From the NCBI GenBank assembly GCA_002269645.1, contig NIVC01004221.1, positions 1 to 54,250 on the forward strand: a DNA stretch of 54,250 nucleotides, given 5' to 3'. Source of the stretch: Macrostomum lignano (taxonomy: Eukaryota). The number at the start of each line of letters is the position of its first letter. Position 1 is the stretch's first letter. The notes under the pieces were generated by a model that did no database searches, was not told where the DNA came from, and saw nothing but the letters and a program-made list of their open reading frames with translations. Shown here in pieces: positions 26,399-38,566 of the stretch. The translations under genes and the position numbers were made by a program.

Positions 26399-29300
26399 AT
26401 GGCAGACAACAATAATAACCAGCCAGGTTCAGTGCAGGGCCTTCGCTCGGCCCGCACTAGTCCGGCCTATTTAATGACGAACTCCACCTCGCACTCGTGG
26501 GTATTTTCGGCCATAGCCGAGTTGGTTGACAACGCCTACGATCCAGACTGCCAAGCTGACAACTTGAACATTGGGCACTACGTGTCTAACGGGATGGATG
26601 TTCTGTCAGTCACAGACGATGGCCTTGGCATGACCACGGAGCAGCTGCATAATATGCTTAGCTTTGGATATTGTTTCAAAGTTGGTCAGCGAGGCCACAA
26701 ACCTATTGGTCACTATGGCAATGGTTTCAAGTCCGGTTCTATGCGCATTGGTGAGTTCAAACTACATTTATATGAGAATGGTTTAGTTATGAGGAATAGC
26801 ACTCCTAAAATTGAGGATTGCAAAAGTTCCCGAAGCTTTGGTTTTGGCTAGCAACGTCCTGAAGTACCAAATAAGGTTAGCAGCACCCCTGAAGTACCAA
26901 ATGAGGTTAGCAGCACCCCTGAAGTGCCAAATGAGGTTAGCAACACCCCTGGGGCCTGAAGTACCAAATGAGGTTAGCAACACCCCTGAAGTACCAAATG
27001 AGGTTAGCAACACCCCTGAAGTACCAAATGAGGTATCGTTTGAACGTTTCAAAACTCCATTGAAAACTCTAACGATTGCACCCCGCATGATAAACCAGGC
27101 AAAGACGCCCTGGTATTTACCAAGCGTTGGTCAGCTGACGGTGCGCGCATGCTGAAGTCGGTTGGCATGCTGTCGCAGACATTCCTGGCCGCAGTCGGTG
27201 CTGACACGGTTGTGCTGCCAATCGCCTCTTGGTTGGACGAATCGCTTGATGTCGACAACGCCGACAGCGACCAGTCTCTGGCCCTGATGATGGAGCACTG
27301 CCCGCTGTTTAACGGCAATCTGGACCGGCTATTGCAAGAGTTCGACGTTATCCCAGTTACCGGGACTAGAATCCTCATTTACAATCTGAAGCGATGCAGC
27401 GAGGATCCAGAGGCTGGCTTGGAGCTCGACTTCGAGACTGACCGCAGCGATATTATCTGCTCGGAGACCGTCTCCGCCGCGGCTCTGAACCCAGCGCAGC
27501 GGCTGCAGGTTAGCGCTAGACTGGCCTGAGTCCCCATCTCCGTGACGGAGTCTGTGGGAATTAATTAGCTTTATCAAATGACCCCCCGAGGTTAAAAAAA
27601 AGCACGATCAAAAACTGCAGATCCCAATCCACCGATCCTAGACCTAAGATCCCAATCCGAAGATCCCAAACTGCAGATCCCAATCTACCGATCCCAAACT
27701 GAAGATCCCAATCCACCGATCTCAAACTGCAGATCCCAATCTACCGATCCCAAACTGCAGATCCCAATCTACCGATCCCAAACTGCAGATCCCAGTCCAC
27801 CGATCCCAAACTGCAGATCCCAATCTACCGATCCCAAACTGCAGATCCCAGTCCACCGATCCCAAACTGCAGATCCCAGTCCACCGATCCCAAACTGCAG
27901 ATACCAATCCACCGATCCCAAACTGCAGATCCCAATCTACCGATCTCAAACTGCAGATACCAATCCACTGATCCCAAACTGCAGATCCCAATCTACCGAT
28001 CCCAAACTGCAGATACTAATTCACCGATCCCAAACTGCAGATCCCAGTCCACCGATCCCAAACTGCAGATACCAATCCACTGATCCCAAACTGCAGATCC
28101 CAATCTACCAATCCCAAACTGCAGATACTAATTCACCGATCCCAAACTGCAGATCCCAGTCCACCGATCCCAAACTGCAGATCCCAGTCCACCGATCCCA
28201 AACTGCAGATCCCAATCTACCGATCCCAAACTGCAGATCCCAATCCACCGATCCCAAACTGCAGATCCCAATCTACCGATCCCAAACTGCAGATACTAAT
28301 TCACCGATCCCAAACTGCAGATCCCAGTCCACCGATCCCAAACTGCAGATCCCAGTCCACCGATCCCAAACTGCAGATCCCAGTCCACCGATCCCAAACT
28401 GCAGATCCCAGTCCACCGATCCCAAACTGCAGATCCCAGTCCACCGATCCCAAACTGCAGATCCCAATCCACCGATCCCAAACAGAAGATTCCCATCTTA
28501 ATTCGGGTGATCTAACTCCCCAGATGTAAAAAAATCATAAGCTTTCCGATTTACTGTAATATCTTGATTGCAATCGCAGTCCTAGATCCCAAATCCAATA
28601 CTAAAAATGAAATGCTTCAATCTACTAGTAGGTATGTGATTGATTTTAGAAAGAAACTAAAATCCCCTACGAGGCGAATACATACTTCAATCCCACTTTA
28701 ATCTCCCCAACCGCATCAAATCTTCCCCGCCCTAGCAGATGCACAACCTGCCTCCGGTGCCGCACACCAGGCGGTCTCTCCGCGCCTACCTGGCCATCCT
28801 GTACCTGCAGCCGCGCATGAGCATTCGCATCAACGCCGAGCCAGTTCAATCGCAGCCACTGCAGCGCCTGCTCACCCGTCAGACTCTCGAGTATTACTCG
28901 CCTAAACTGAGCGCCACAGAGGAAGCCCGCTTGGAGCAGCGCGGCAACTACCGCTGCCGCATGCTCATCGGCTTCCTGCCTGATGGCCACGGCGATTACG
29001 GTGCGCTTCTGTACCACCACAACCGCCTCATTCTGGCCTATGAGAAGCTTATTAAAGAGCCGGGGAGGGCGCGGGGCGTTGCTCTTGTTGCCGAGGTGGA
29101 CCATCTGCAGCCTAATCATATTAAACAGGACTTTGAGCGGAACCAGCACTTACGGTTGGTGACGGTGTGCTCTGTGATTCTCTCTGATTCTCCCATCATC
29201 ACTGTGCTCTCTGATTCTCCCATCATCACTGTGCTCTCTGATTCTCCCATCATCACTGTGCTCTGTGATTCTCTCGGAATCTCCCATCATCACTGTACTC

Positions 29301-32300
29301 TCCGATTCTCCCATCATCACTGTGCTCTCTGATTCTCCCATCATCACGGTGCTCTGTGATTCTCCCTGATTCTCCCATCATCACTGTGCTCTCTGATTCT
29401 CCCATCATCACGGTGCTCTGTGATTCTCCCTGTGATTCTCCCTGATTCTCCCATCATCACTGTGCTCTCTGATTCTCCCATCATCACTGTGCTCTCTGTG
29501 CTCTCTGATTCTCCCATCATCACTGTGCTCTCTGTGCTCTCTGATTCTCCCATCATCACGGTGCTCTGTGATTCTCCCTGATTCTCCCATCATCACTGTG
29601 CTCTCTGATTCTCCCATCATCACGGTGCTCTGTGATTCTCCCTGTGATTCTCCCTGATTCTCCCATCATCACTGTGCTCTCTGATTCTCCCATCATCACT
29701 GTGCTCTCTGTGCTCTCTGATTCTCCCATCATCACTGTGCTCTCTGTGCTCTCTGATTCTCCCATCATCACGGTGCTCTGTGATTCTCCCTGATTCTCCC
29801 ATCATCACTGTGCTCTCTGATTCTCCCATCATCACTGTGCTCTCTGATTCTCCCATCATCACTGTGCTCTCTGATTCTGGCCCATCATCACTGTGCTCTC
29901 TGTTTCTCCCATCATTGTGCTCTGTGATTCTCTCGGAATCTCCCATCATCACTGTACTCTCTGATTCTCCCATCATCACTGTGCTCTCTGATTCTCCCAT
30001 CATCACTGTGCTCTCTGATTCTCCCATCATCACTGTGCTCTCTGATTCTCCCATCATCACTGTGCTCTCTGATTCTCCCATCATCACTGTGCTCTCTGAT
30101 TCTCCCATCATCACGGTGCTCTGTGATTCTCTCTGATTCTCCCATCATCACGGTGCTCTCTGATTCTCCCATCATCACGGTGCTCTGTGATTCTCTCTGA
30201 TTCTCCCATCATCACTGTGCTCTCTGATTCTCCCATCATCACTGTGCTCTCTGATTCTCCCATCATCACTGTGCTCTCTGATTCTCCCATCATCACTGTG
30301 CTCTCTGATTCTCCCATCATCACTGTGCTCTCTGATTCTCCCATCATCACTGCGCTCTCTGATTCTCCCATCATCACTGTGCTCTCTGATTCTCCCATCA
30401 TCACTGCGCTCTCTGATTCTCCCATCATCACTGTGCTCTCTGATTCTCCCATCATCATTGTGCTCTCTGATTCTCCCATCATCACTGTGCTCTCTGATTC
30501 TCCCATCATCACTGTGCTCTGTGATTCTCCCATCATCATTGTGCTCTCTGATTCTCCCATCATCACTGTGCTCTGTGATTCTCCCATCCTCACTGTCACT
30601 GGGCTCTGTGATTCTCCCATTGTCACTGGGCTCTGTGATTCTCCCATTGTCACTGGGCTCTGTGATTCTCCCATCCTCACTGTTACTGGGCTCTGTGATT
30701 CTCCCATCCTCACTGTTACTGGGCTCTGTGATTCTCCCATCATCACTGTGCTCTGTGATTCTCCCATCATCACTGTGCTCTGATTCTCCCATTATCACTG
30801 TGCTCTGATTCTCCCATCATCACTGTGCTCTGATTCTCCCATCATCACTGTGCTCTGATTCTCCCATTATCACTGTGCTCTGTGATTCTCCCATCATCAC
30901 TGTGCTCTGATTCTCCCATCATCACTGTGCTCTGATTCTCCCATTATCACTGTGCTCTGTGATTCTCCCATCATCACTGCTCTGATTCTCCCATCATCAC
31001 TGTGCTCTGTGATTCTCCCATCATCACTGCTCTGATTCTCCCATCATCACTGCTCTGATTCTCCCATCATCACTGCTCTGATTCTCCCATCATCACTGTG
31101 CTCTGTGATTCTCCCATCATCACTGTGCTCTGATTCTCCCATCATCACTGTGCTCTGATTCTCCCATTATCACTGTGCTCTGTGATTCTCCCATCATCAC
31201 TGCTCTGATTCTCCCATCATCACTGTGCTCTGATTCTCCCATCATCACTGGGCTCTGTGATTCTCCCATCATCACTGCTCTGATTCTCCCATCATCACTG
31301 TGCTCTGTGATTCTCCCATCATCACTGCTCTGATTCTCCCATCATCACTGTGCTCTGATTCTCCCATCATCACTGCTCTGATCGCAGTCTCCCTCATCAC
31401 TCTGACCACAGTCTCCTTCATCACTCTGACCAGTCTCCCTCATCACTCTGACTACAGTCTCCCTCACCATCACTTTGACCTCTCTCCGCACTGCATTAAA
31501 ATCCCAATCCAACCCGTCGCTCACCCGCAGCAACTGCATGGCCCGGCTGACCCACCACCTGAGGGAATTCCTGGAACGGAACGGCCGGTCTGAAGCGGGC
31601 GGCAGCCAGACGGCGGGGTGGCAGTGGTTGGAGTGCAGCCGGTGCGGCAAGAGTCGCCGCCTGCCGTCCAGCGGCCCCAGCAGCCGCAGCCTGGACAAGC
31701 GGGTCTGGCACTGCGCTCTCAACCCCGACGCCTTCTTTAATACCTGCGGAGATCCGGAGGAAACTGGAAAAGACGAGGTTCGCGTTGAGACTGCAATGCT
31801 GGGGATCTCAAATGCGGGATTCTAGAGATGTAGGCCGCATACAAAATGCAGACAGATGCCCGTTATTTATAATGATCCAATTTTGAATTGGTTTGCAATC
31901 CAAAGTTTTATTATATCCCAATCAGGGACGACATAAGCCGTTCTTACTCCTTTTTGGTTTCTATCCTTAATTCCAAATCCCAATTTCTGATCCCTATCCC
32001 CAATCCCTTTCCCCACATGTGATGTGATCCCTATCCCCAATCCCTTATTCCCACATGTGATCCCTATCCCCAATCCCTTATTCCCATCTGTGATCCCTAT
32101 CCCCAATCCCTTTTCCCACATGTGATCCCTATCCCCAATCCCTTATTCCCATCTGTGATCTCTATCCCCAATCCCTTTCCCCACATGTGATCCCTATCCC
32201 CAATCCCTTATTCCCATCTGTGATCTCTATCCCCAATCCCTTTCCCCACATGTGATCCCTATCCCCAATCCCTTTCCCCAGTCCCCACATGTGATCCCTA

Positions 32301-33217
32301 TCCCCAATCCCTTTCCCCACATGTGATCCCTATCCCCAATCCCTTATTCCCACATGTGATCCCTATCCCCAATCCCTTTCCCCAGATGTGATCCCTATCC
32401 CTAATCCCTTTTCCCATCTGTGATCCCTATCCCCAATCCCTTATACCCATCTGTGCTCCCTATCCCCGACCCCAATCCCTTTCCCCACATGTGCTCCCTA
32501 TCCCCAATCCCTTATTCCCATCTGTGCTCCCTATCCGCAATTTTCCCTTGACAGTCTTGCTTCGTCATCATTTCCAATCTCCCGTTACCAATCCCTAACT
32601 AGGCGCAGATCCCACACCTTAGTAAATATTCCCAATGCCCGCTCGCACACAAGCAGGCGAGCCGCCAGCTGCGAGCAGCCCGCGACGCTTCCCTCGCGGC
32701 TGACCGACGGCAATCCGCGGCCGCGGCGTCTCGATCGAAGCGCCGCCGAACCGAGCCGCTTGTCGCCGCTGACGCTAAACTGGAGCAGCTGGCCGCCTCG
32801 CTGTCCAACAGCTCGAAGCTCCAGCGGATCGGGCAGAGCTTGAGCAGCATCGGCAACAACGGAGAAACTTCTACGAGCGCTGAAGCCTCGGTCGGCTGTT
32901 CCGGCAGCTCCTGTGGCGGCTCTGCTCGGAGCCTGTCTGTGAAGCTGGAACCCGCCCAGCCAGACGATGCCGCCCCTGATTCATTGGCAGCCACGGCTGA
33001 GCAGCAGCTGAGCCGCCTGCGCTCCGATGTCCTGCTGCTGCTTCGCCGGCTCCTACCGAAGGACACCCGGCTGCCGCTGCCAGCCAATGCCGATTGCTCG
33101 GTGGACGCCGCCGTAGCCTCCGTGCTGCGGAATCTGGCGGCGAATGAGAGCGACAGCGACAATGACAGCGAGAAGGATTGCGACAGCTTGTGCCAGAGTG
33201 ACGTAGGGAGTCCGTGA
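26399..33217 (+). CDS. MORC3: MORC3/4-like GHKL ATPase with CW zinc finger. Exons 26399-26750, 27099-27508, 28739-29154, 31531-31777, 32603-33217; 679 aa
   Basis: GHKL motifs SAIAELVDNAYD, DDGLGM and GHYGNGFKSGSMRIG|KDALVFTK; S5-fold RSLRAYLAILYLQPRM and PNHIKQDF; CW finger WLECSRCGKSRRLP...WHCALNPD..FNTCGDPEE; C-terminal LRSDVLLLLRRLLP segment. Intron phases 1,0,2,0 match across junctions and the total is 2040 nt. Assignment to MORC3 versus MORC4 is not resolvable here. Confidence 0.92.
26852..27036. repeat. 30-bp minisatellite (cacccctgaagtaccaaatgaggttagca), about 6 copies, MORC intron 1
   Basis: Directly visible tandem units. Confidence 0.92.
27612..28483. repeat. 28-bp minisatellite (gatcccaaactgcagatcccaatccacc), about 31 copies, MORC intron 2
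   Basis: Directly visible tandem units with few variants. Confidence 0.97.
29164..31380. repeat. 27-bp minisatellite (tgtgctctctgattctcccatcatcac) with 23-25-bp and 33-bp variants, about 2.2 kb, MORC intron 3
   Basis: Tandem units begin about 10 bp after the donor; includes a 212-bp higher-order duplication. Confidence 0.97.
31989..32540. repeat. 32-33-bp minisatellite (atgtgatccctatccccaatccctttccccac), about 17 copies, MORC intron 4
   Basis: Directly visible tandem units. Confidence 0.95.
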
Positions 33218-33254
33218 GGGCTATTAGTTATTAGGCTATAGAGGTTGGATTTCG

Positions 33255-34040
33255 ATAGTATCAATGGGATTTATTGGGATGTGATTTCGATGGAGAGGAT
33301 GGGATTTATTGGCGTGGAATTTTGATAGCATCAATGGGATTTATCAGGGATGGATTTCGATAGCATCCATGGGATTTATCAGGGATGGATTTCGATAGAG
33401 AGGATGGGATTTATCAGGGATGGATTTCGATAGAGAAGATGGGATTTATCAGGGATGGATTTCGATAGAGAGGATGGGATTTATTAGGGATGGATTTCGA
33501 TAGAGAGGATGGGATTTATCAGGGATGGATTTCGATAGAGAGGATGGGATTTATTGGTGTGGGATTCCGATAGCATCAATGGGATTTATTGGAATGGGAT
33601 TTCGATAGTATCAATGGGATTTCGATGGAGAGGCTGGGATTTATTGGTGTGGGATTCCGATAGCATCAATGGGATTAAATGGGATGGGATTTCGATAGCA
33701 TCAATGGGATTTATTGGGGTGGTATTTCGGTGCAGAGGATGGGATTTATTGGCGTGGGATTCCGATAGCATCAATGGAATTAGATGGGATGGGATTTCGA
33801 TAGCATCAATGGGATTTATTGGGGTGGTATTTCGGTGGAGGATGGGATTTATTGGCGTGGGATTTTGATAGCATCAATGGGATTTATTGGGATGGGATTT
33901 CGATGGAGCAGTTAGGATTTATTGGTGTGGGATTCCGATAGCATCAACGGGATTTATCGGGTGGCATTTGGATGGAGAGGATGGATTGATTGGGATGGTA
34001 TTTCTGTGGAGAGGATGGGATTTATTTGGGGTGGGATTTC
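33255..34040. repeat. About 35-bp GGGAT-rich minisatellite immediately 3' of the MORC stop codon
   Basis: Core gggatttatcagggatggatttcgatagagaggat repeated, with more degenerate copies at both ends. Confidence 0.9.
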
Positions 34041-34535
34041 TAGGGCGAGGATCTGACTGTGCAATAGAAGAATTTTAACTGCACTTTGTATTTTTTATTT
34101 CATAAGTATAGGATGCATTGCATGAGGTGTGTAACATTTCTTCTAACCTGGTACTAAAACTCGACTTTTTTAAAGCGAGTTCATTCTATTTTACCCTAAA
34201 CCAAATTTGCATCTTATTTTCTTATCAGTTTTGTACTCTTAATTTCGTGGCGCTTGACTTTAAAAATGGTTTAGGAACAAAAAGCAAGTACATGTAGACC
34301 TTTATTTTTTTACCTTACGAAGCTGCTGTCTGTATCTTGGAACTTTTTACGTGCTTTTTAAAGTTTGTTTTGCTGCTTATAAATAAAGGACCCGTTCGTT
34401 TATTAATTGGATCTTTTCTCAGACTTCTGTTTTTTTTATTTGTGCAGCCAAGGTTACTAAGTGGACAATATTTAAGAATCACCATTGATTAAAAGCCAGG
34501 CCAAAATAGTGCTCACAGACACTACGAGCTAGTAC

Positions 34536-35215
34536 TGTCTAAATTGGAGTGTCAATGAATCACAGGTGTCTAAATTGGGGTGTCACTGAGTGAAAGGTGT
34601 CTAAATTGGGGTGTCAATGAATCACAGGTGTCTAAATTGGGGTGTCACTGAGTGAAAGGTGTCTAAATTGGGGTGTCAATGAATCACAGGTGTCTAAATT
34701 GGGGCGTCACTGTATCACAAGTGTCTAAATTGGGGCGTCACTAATATCAGGTGTCTAAATTGGAGTGTCACTGGACTGAATCACAGGTGTCTATGTTAGA
34801 GTGTCACTGAATCAAAGTTGTCTAAATTGGGGTGTCACCGAATCACGGGTTTCTAAATTGGAGTGTCACTGAATCACAGGAGTCTAAATTGGGATGTCAC
34901 TGAATCCCAGGTGTCTAAATTGGGATGTCACTGAATCACAGGTGTCTAAATTGTGATGTCACTGAATCTCAGGTGTCTAAATTGGAGTGTCACTGAATCA
35001 AAGTTGTCTAAATTAGAGTGTCACTGAAGCACATGTTTCTAAATTAGAATGTCACTTAAGCACATGTTTCTAAATTAGAATGTCACTTAAGCACATGTTT
35101 CTAAATTAGAATGTCACTTAAGCACATGTGTCTAAATTGGAGCGTCACTGAATCAAAGGTGTCTAAATTGGGGTGTCACTGAATCACAGGTTTCTGAATT
35201 GGAGTGTCACTAAAT
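34536..35215. repeat. 31-bp minisatellite (gtgtctaaattggggtgtcactgaatcacag), about 22 copies, intergenic
   Basis: Directly visible tandem units. Confidence 0.93.
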
Positions 35216-35689
35216 CAATCCCAGATGTTTAGATTGAGTTCGGACTAAGTCGTGTGTCTAGATTAATGTGGTATTAAAACAAAAGAATGCTTAAAATTTT
35301 AACCCAAATACAAGATAAGGATATTAAACTGTGACCCCAGCTAGTTCAATGCTGAATTCTGTCAACCAATGAAAATCCGCCGTTGCCCCTATTCGACCAT
35401 TATCAGCCAATAGAATTGAAGCCCTGCATTACTGTATACTGACTGCACCTGTGGTCCTTCTGTAGCCTAAAAGAGGCAACAAATGTTTCGTGATGCTAAT
35501 TGGCTTGACTGAAAATAATTTTCCTTGCCATCTCTATTACTTAGTCATTTGAATTCAGATAGACATTCCCAGTCTTCGCTTTTGCTGGAACTCGCTGGTG
35601 AGAACGAAAATCTGTTTCTAAGAAAATTTTGGGCAATTGCAATAGAAAAATATCCCTGTTTGAGCCCGTCTCTTGACGTTTGAGCCCTC

Positions 35690-36858
35690 TGTCTCAACCC
35701 TGCATCAGCCCTACATCTGTCTCACCCCTGCCCTAAGTCCTGTCTCAGCCCTTCCCTGAGTCTTCTGTCTCACCCCTGCCCTGAGTCTTCTGTCTCACCC
35801 CTGCCCACCTCTGCCCTGAGTCTTCTGTCACACCCCTGCCCTGAGTCTTCTGTCACACCCCTGCCCACCCCTGCCCTGAGTCTTCTGTCTCACCCCTGCC
35901 CACCTCTGCCCTGAGTCTTCTGTCTCACCCCCGCCCTGAGTCTTCTGTCTCACCCCTGCCCTGAGTCTTCTGTCTCACCCCTGCCCTGAGTCTTCTGTCT
36001 CACCCCTGCCCTGAGTCTTCTGTCTCACCCCCGCCCTGAGTCTTCTGTCTCACCCCTTCCCTGAGTCTTCTGTCTCACCCCTGCCCTGAGTCTTCTGTCT
36101 CACCCCCGCCCTGAGTCTTCTGTCTCACCCCTTCCCTGAGTCTTCTGTCTCACCCCTGCCCTGAGTCTTCTGTCTCACCCCGCCCTGAGTCTTCTGTCTC
36201 ACCCCTTCCCTGAGTCTTCTGTCACACCCCTGCCCTGAGTCTTCTGTCTCACCCCTGCCCCGAGTCTTCTGTCTCACCCCTGCCCTGAGTCTTCTGTCTC
36301 ACCCCTCCCCTGAGTCTTCTGTCTCACCCCCGCCCTGAGTCTTCTGTCTCACCCCTGCCCTGAGTCTTCTGTCTCACCCCTCCCCTGAGTCTTCTGTCTC
36401 ACCCCTGCCCTGAGTCTTCTGTCTCACCCCTCCCCTGAGTCTTCTGTCTCACCCCTTCCCTGAGTCTTCTGTCTCACCCCCGCCCTGAGTCTTCTGTCTC
36501 ACCCCTCCCCTTAGTCTTCTGTCTCACCCCCGCCCTGAGTCTTCTGTCTCACCCCTGCCCTGAGTCTTCTGTCTCACCCCCGCCCTGAGTCTTCTGTCTC
36601 ACCCCTGCCCTGAGTCTTCTGTCTCACCCCTCCCCTGAGTCTTCTGTCTCACCCCTTCCCTGAGTCTTCTGTCTCACCCCCGCCCTGAGTCTTCTGTCTC
36701 ACCCCTGCCCTGAGTCTTCTGTCTCACCCCCGCCCTGAGTCTTCTGTCTCACCCCTGCCCTGAGTCTTCTGTCTCACCCCCGCCCTGAGTCTTCTGTCTC
36801 ACCCCTGCCCTGAGTCTTCTGTCTCACCCCCGCCCTGAGTCTTCTGTCTCACCTCTGC
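35690..36858. repeat. 25-bp minisatellite (ctgagtcttctgtctcacccctgcc), about 45 copies, intergenic
   Basis: Highly homogeneous units varying mainly in the last 5 nt (ctgcc/ccgcc/cttcc/ctccc). Confidence 0.97.
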
Positions 36859-38566
36859 TTATGCTCTCCGGTGGGTCCGTCTGTGCGCCTCTCTTGACTT
36901 CCTTTTTTCATCGCACCCTCGCTAAATAATTTTCCTATCCCGTTTATCCTTACAGCCCAGCTTTATCTTCCTTAATTTACTTCCTTGTACCCGTAGAATT
37001 TCAATGCAGTTCAGTATGAAGCTGATAATATAGACTTTAATATTATTCTTCATCCATCCATGCAATGCTCGATGGCTCAAAACCAAAAACGAAGCCGCCT
37101 TCCTCCCCTTCCCGGATCCCAGGTGACGCTAGAAATTAATAATTAATTAGAGAGCGTGCGTGAGCAAGCAAAAAATAGAATATGGCAGGGAAGTCCCGCA
37201 GAGTCAGGCTGCTGGTGTAAAGGCTTGTAAGGCAACTTGTTGTTGGTTATATAATATACACAGTCTAGTCTTTGTTGTAAAGAGTTAGTGAGTTTCTAAA
37301 GCTTTTTTCTTATTGATCTCGGCAGAGCAGACAGACAGTGCATACAGATAATGGAGAGGTTTGAGTGGATGCTTAGAAGGAGGGCGCTTGAAGCTGGGAG
37401 ACAATGGAGCGCTGATGATGAAGCAATGCAGTTCTGGAACCCCCCTGACCCCTCCTTCCGAGCCAAGCCTATGGGACCCCGTCTTCCTCGCATGACTGAG
37501 CAGGGGAGGCTGAATCTGGCCAGAGATGGAGCCAGGCTTACAGACTGCGAGCGTGACTGCCACCTTCATGTAAAATTAACGCCCAAACTCCCCCGATCCT
37601 GAGTTCCCCGGTTGGTGACTTGGGCAGCCGCCCATTGTCAGATGCGGAGGGGCGGGGCGTCATAAGTTTCTTTTGACCGCGGCACTGTCTGAATGAAATT
37701 GTTAGGAAAAAATGTGTTTTTATTGTCGGGGCTTGCCTCTCGTGCGCGTCTATCCACCTCCCAGTCTCCTCCATCTTACATATTCCCGCAAATCCTGTAG
37801 CTGTACCGATGGCCGCCGGTTCTTGCACGGCTCTTGAAAAAATAAGCATTGACCTCCTCTTTATTGAGGAAAAACTCGTTGAAGTTTGGTCCCTGCGTCT
37901 CTATATATGCTGGCTACCGTCTCCCGTCAAGTGGTAAAGAGAAGAATAACGTGGGAGGAGAGCGAGAGGAAGAGAAGATGATGGGGAGATGCTGGACAAA
38001 AGAGCACCTCTCTCTCTATTGGGATGGGATGAGCAGTGCTTGAGACGCACAGCTCCCCTCCCTACTCCGCCCCGCAGTCCAAGCAAGCGTCAAAGTAGCT
38101 GCAGCAGCGGACGAGGAAGTTGTCCACTCCAAGCAGCAGAGAGAGAGACTGAGTGTTCAATTGTGCGACCCAAAAATTGTCGTCGGCTTTCAATAAATCG
38201 CGCACCCATCCCCTCCCCCATCCTTCCCTTCTATTGCCGAGACTTACCTCTCCTTCTAGAGCCCCTCCTCCCCAAAGCATCAGCTATTTCAAGCAGAAGA
38301 CGCTGAACTGCCGGAGGTTTGTGCAGCTTGTTGTCACGCAAGCTTCTTTCTCTTCAACTTGGTGCTCTCCGTGTGCTGGCGAGTGCTCAGAAAGACTGGG
38401 AGGGTCATGAGGTATTGGCCTGGGTTCAAAATGCCTTAACGCTGCCCAGGAAGCTCTCACTGCCCCAGCCATGCGGTACCGCATGCTGGAATCCTGAAAC
38501 TTATTTCCACTCGAAAAGGGGAGCTGGATGGTTGGCGCACCTTCTAGCAGCAGTTGCCCAGCACCC

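Noticed and set aside
29150-31400. Repetitive ORFs (MMMGESESTV, ILSDSPIITV) in MORC intron 3
   Set aside because: Translations of a 27-bp minisatellite lying between two MORC exons.
19480-36858. CRISPR-like 25-35-bp repeat arrays
   Set aside because: Units are head-to-tail with no unique spacers, there are no cas genes, and the context is eukaryotic.
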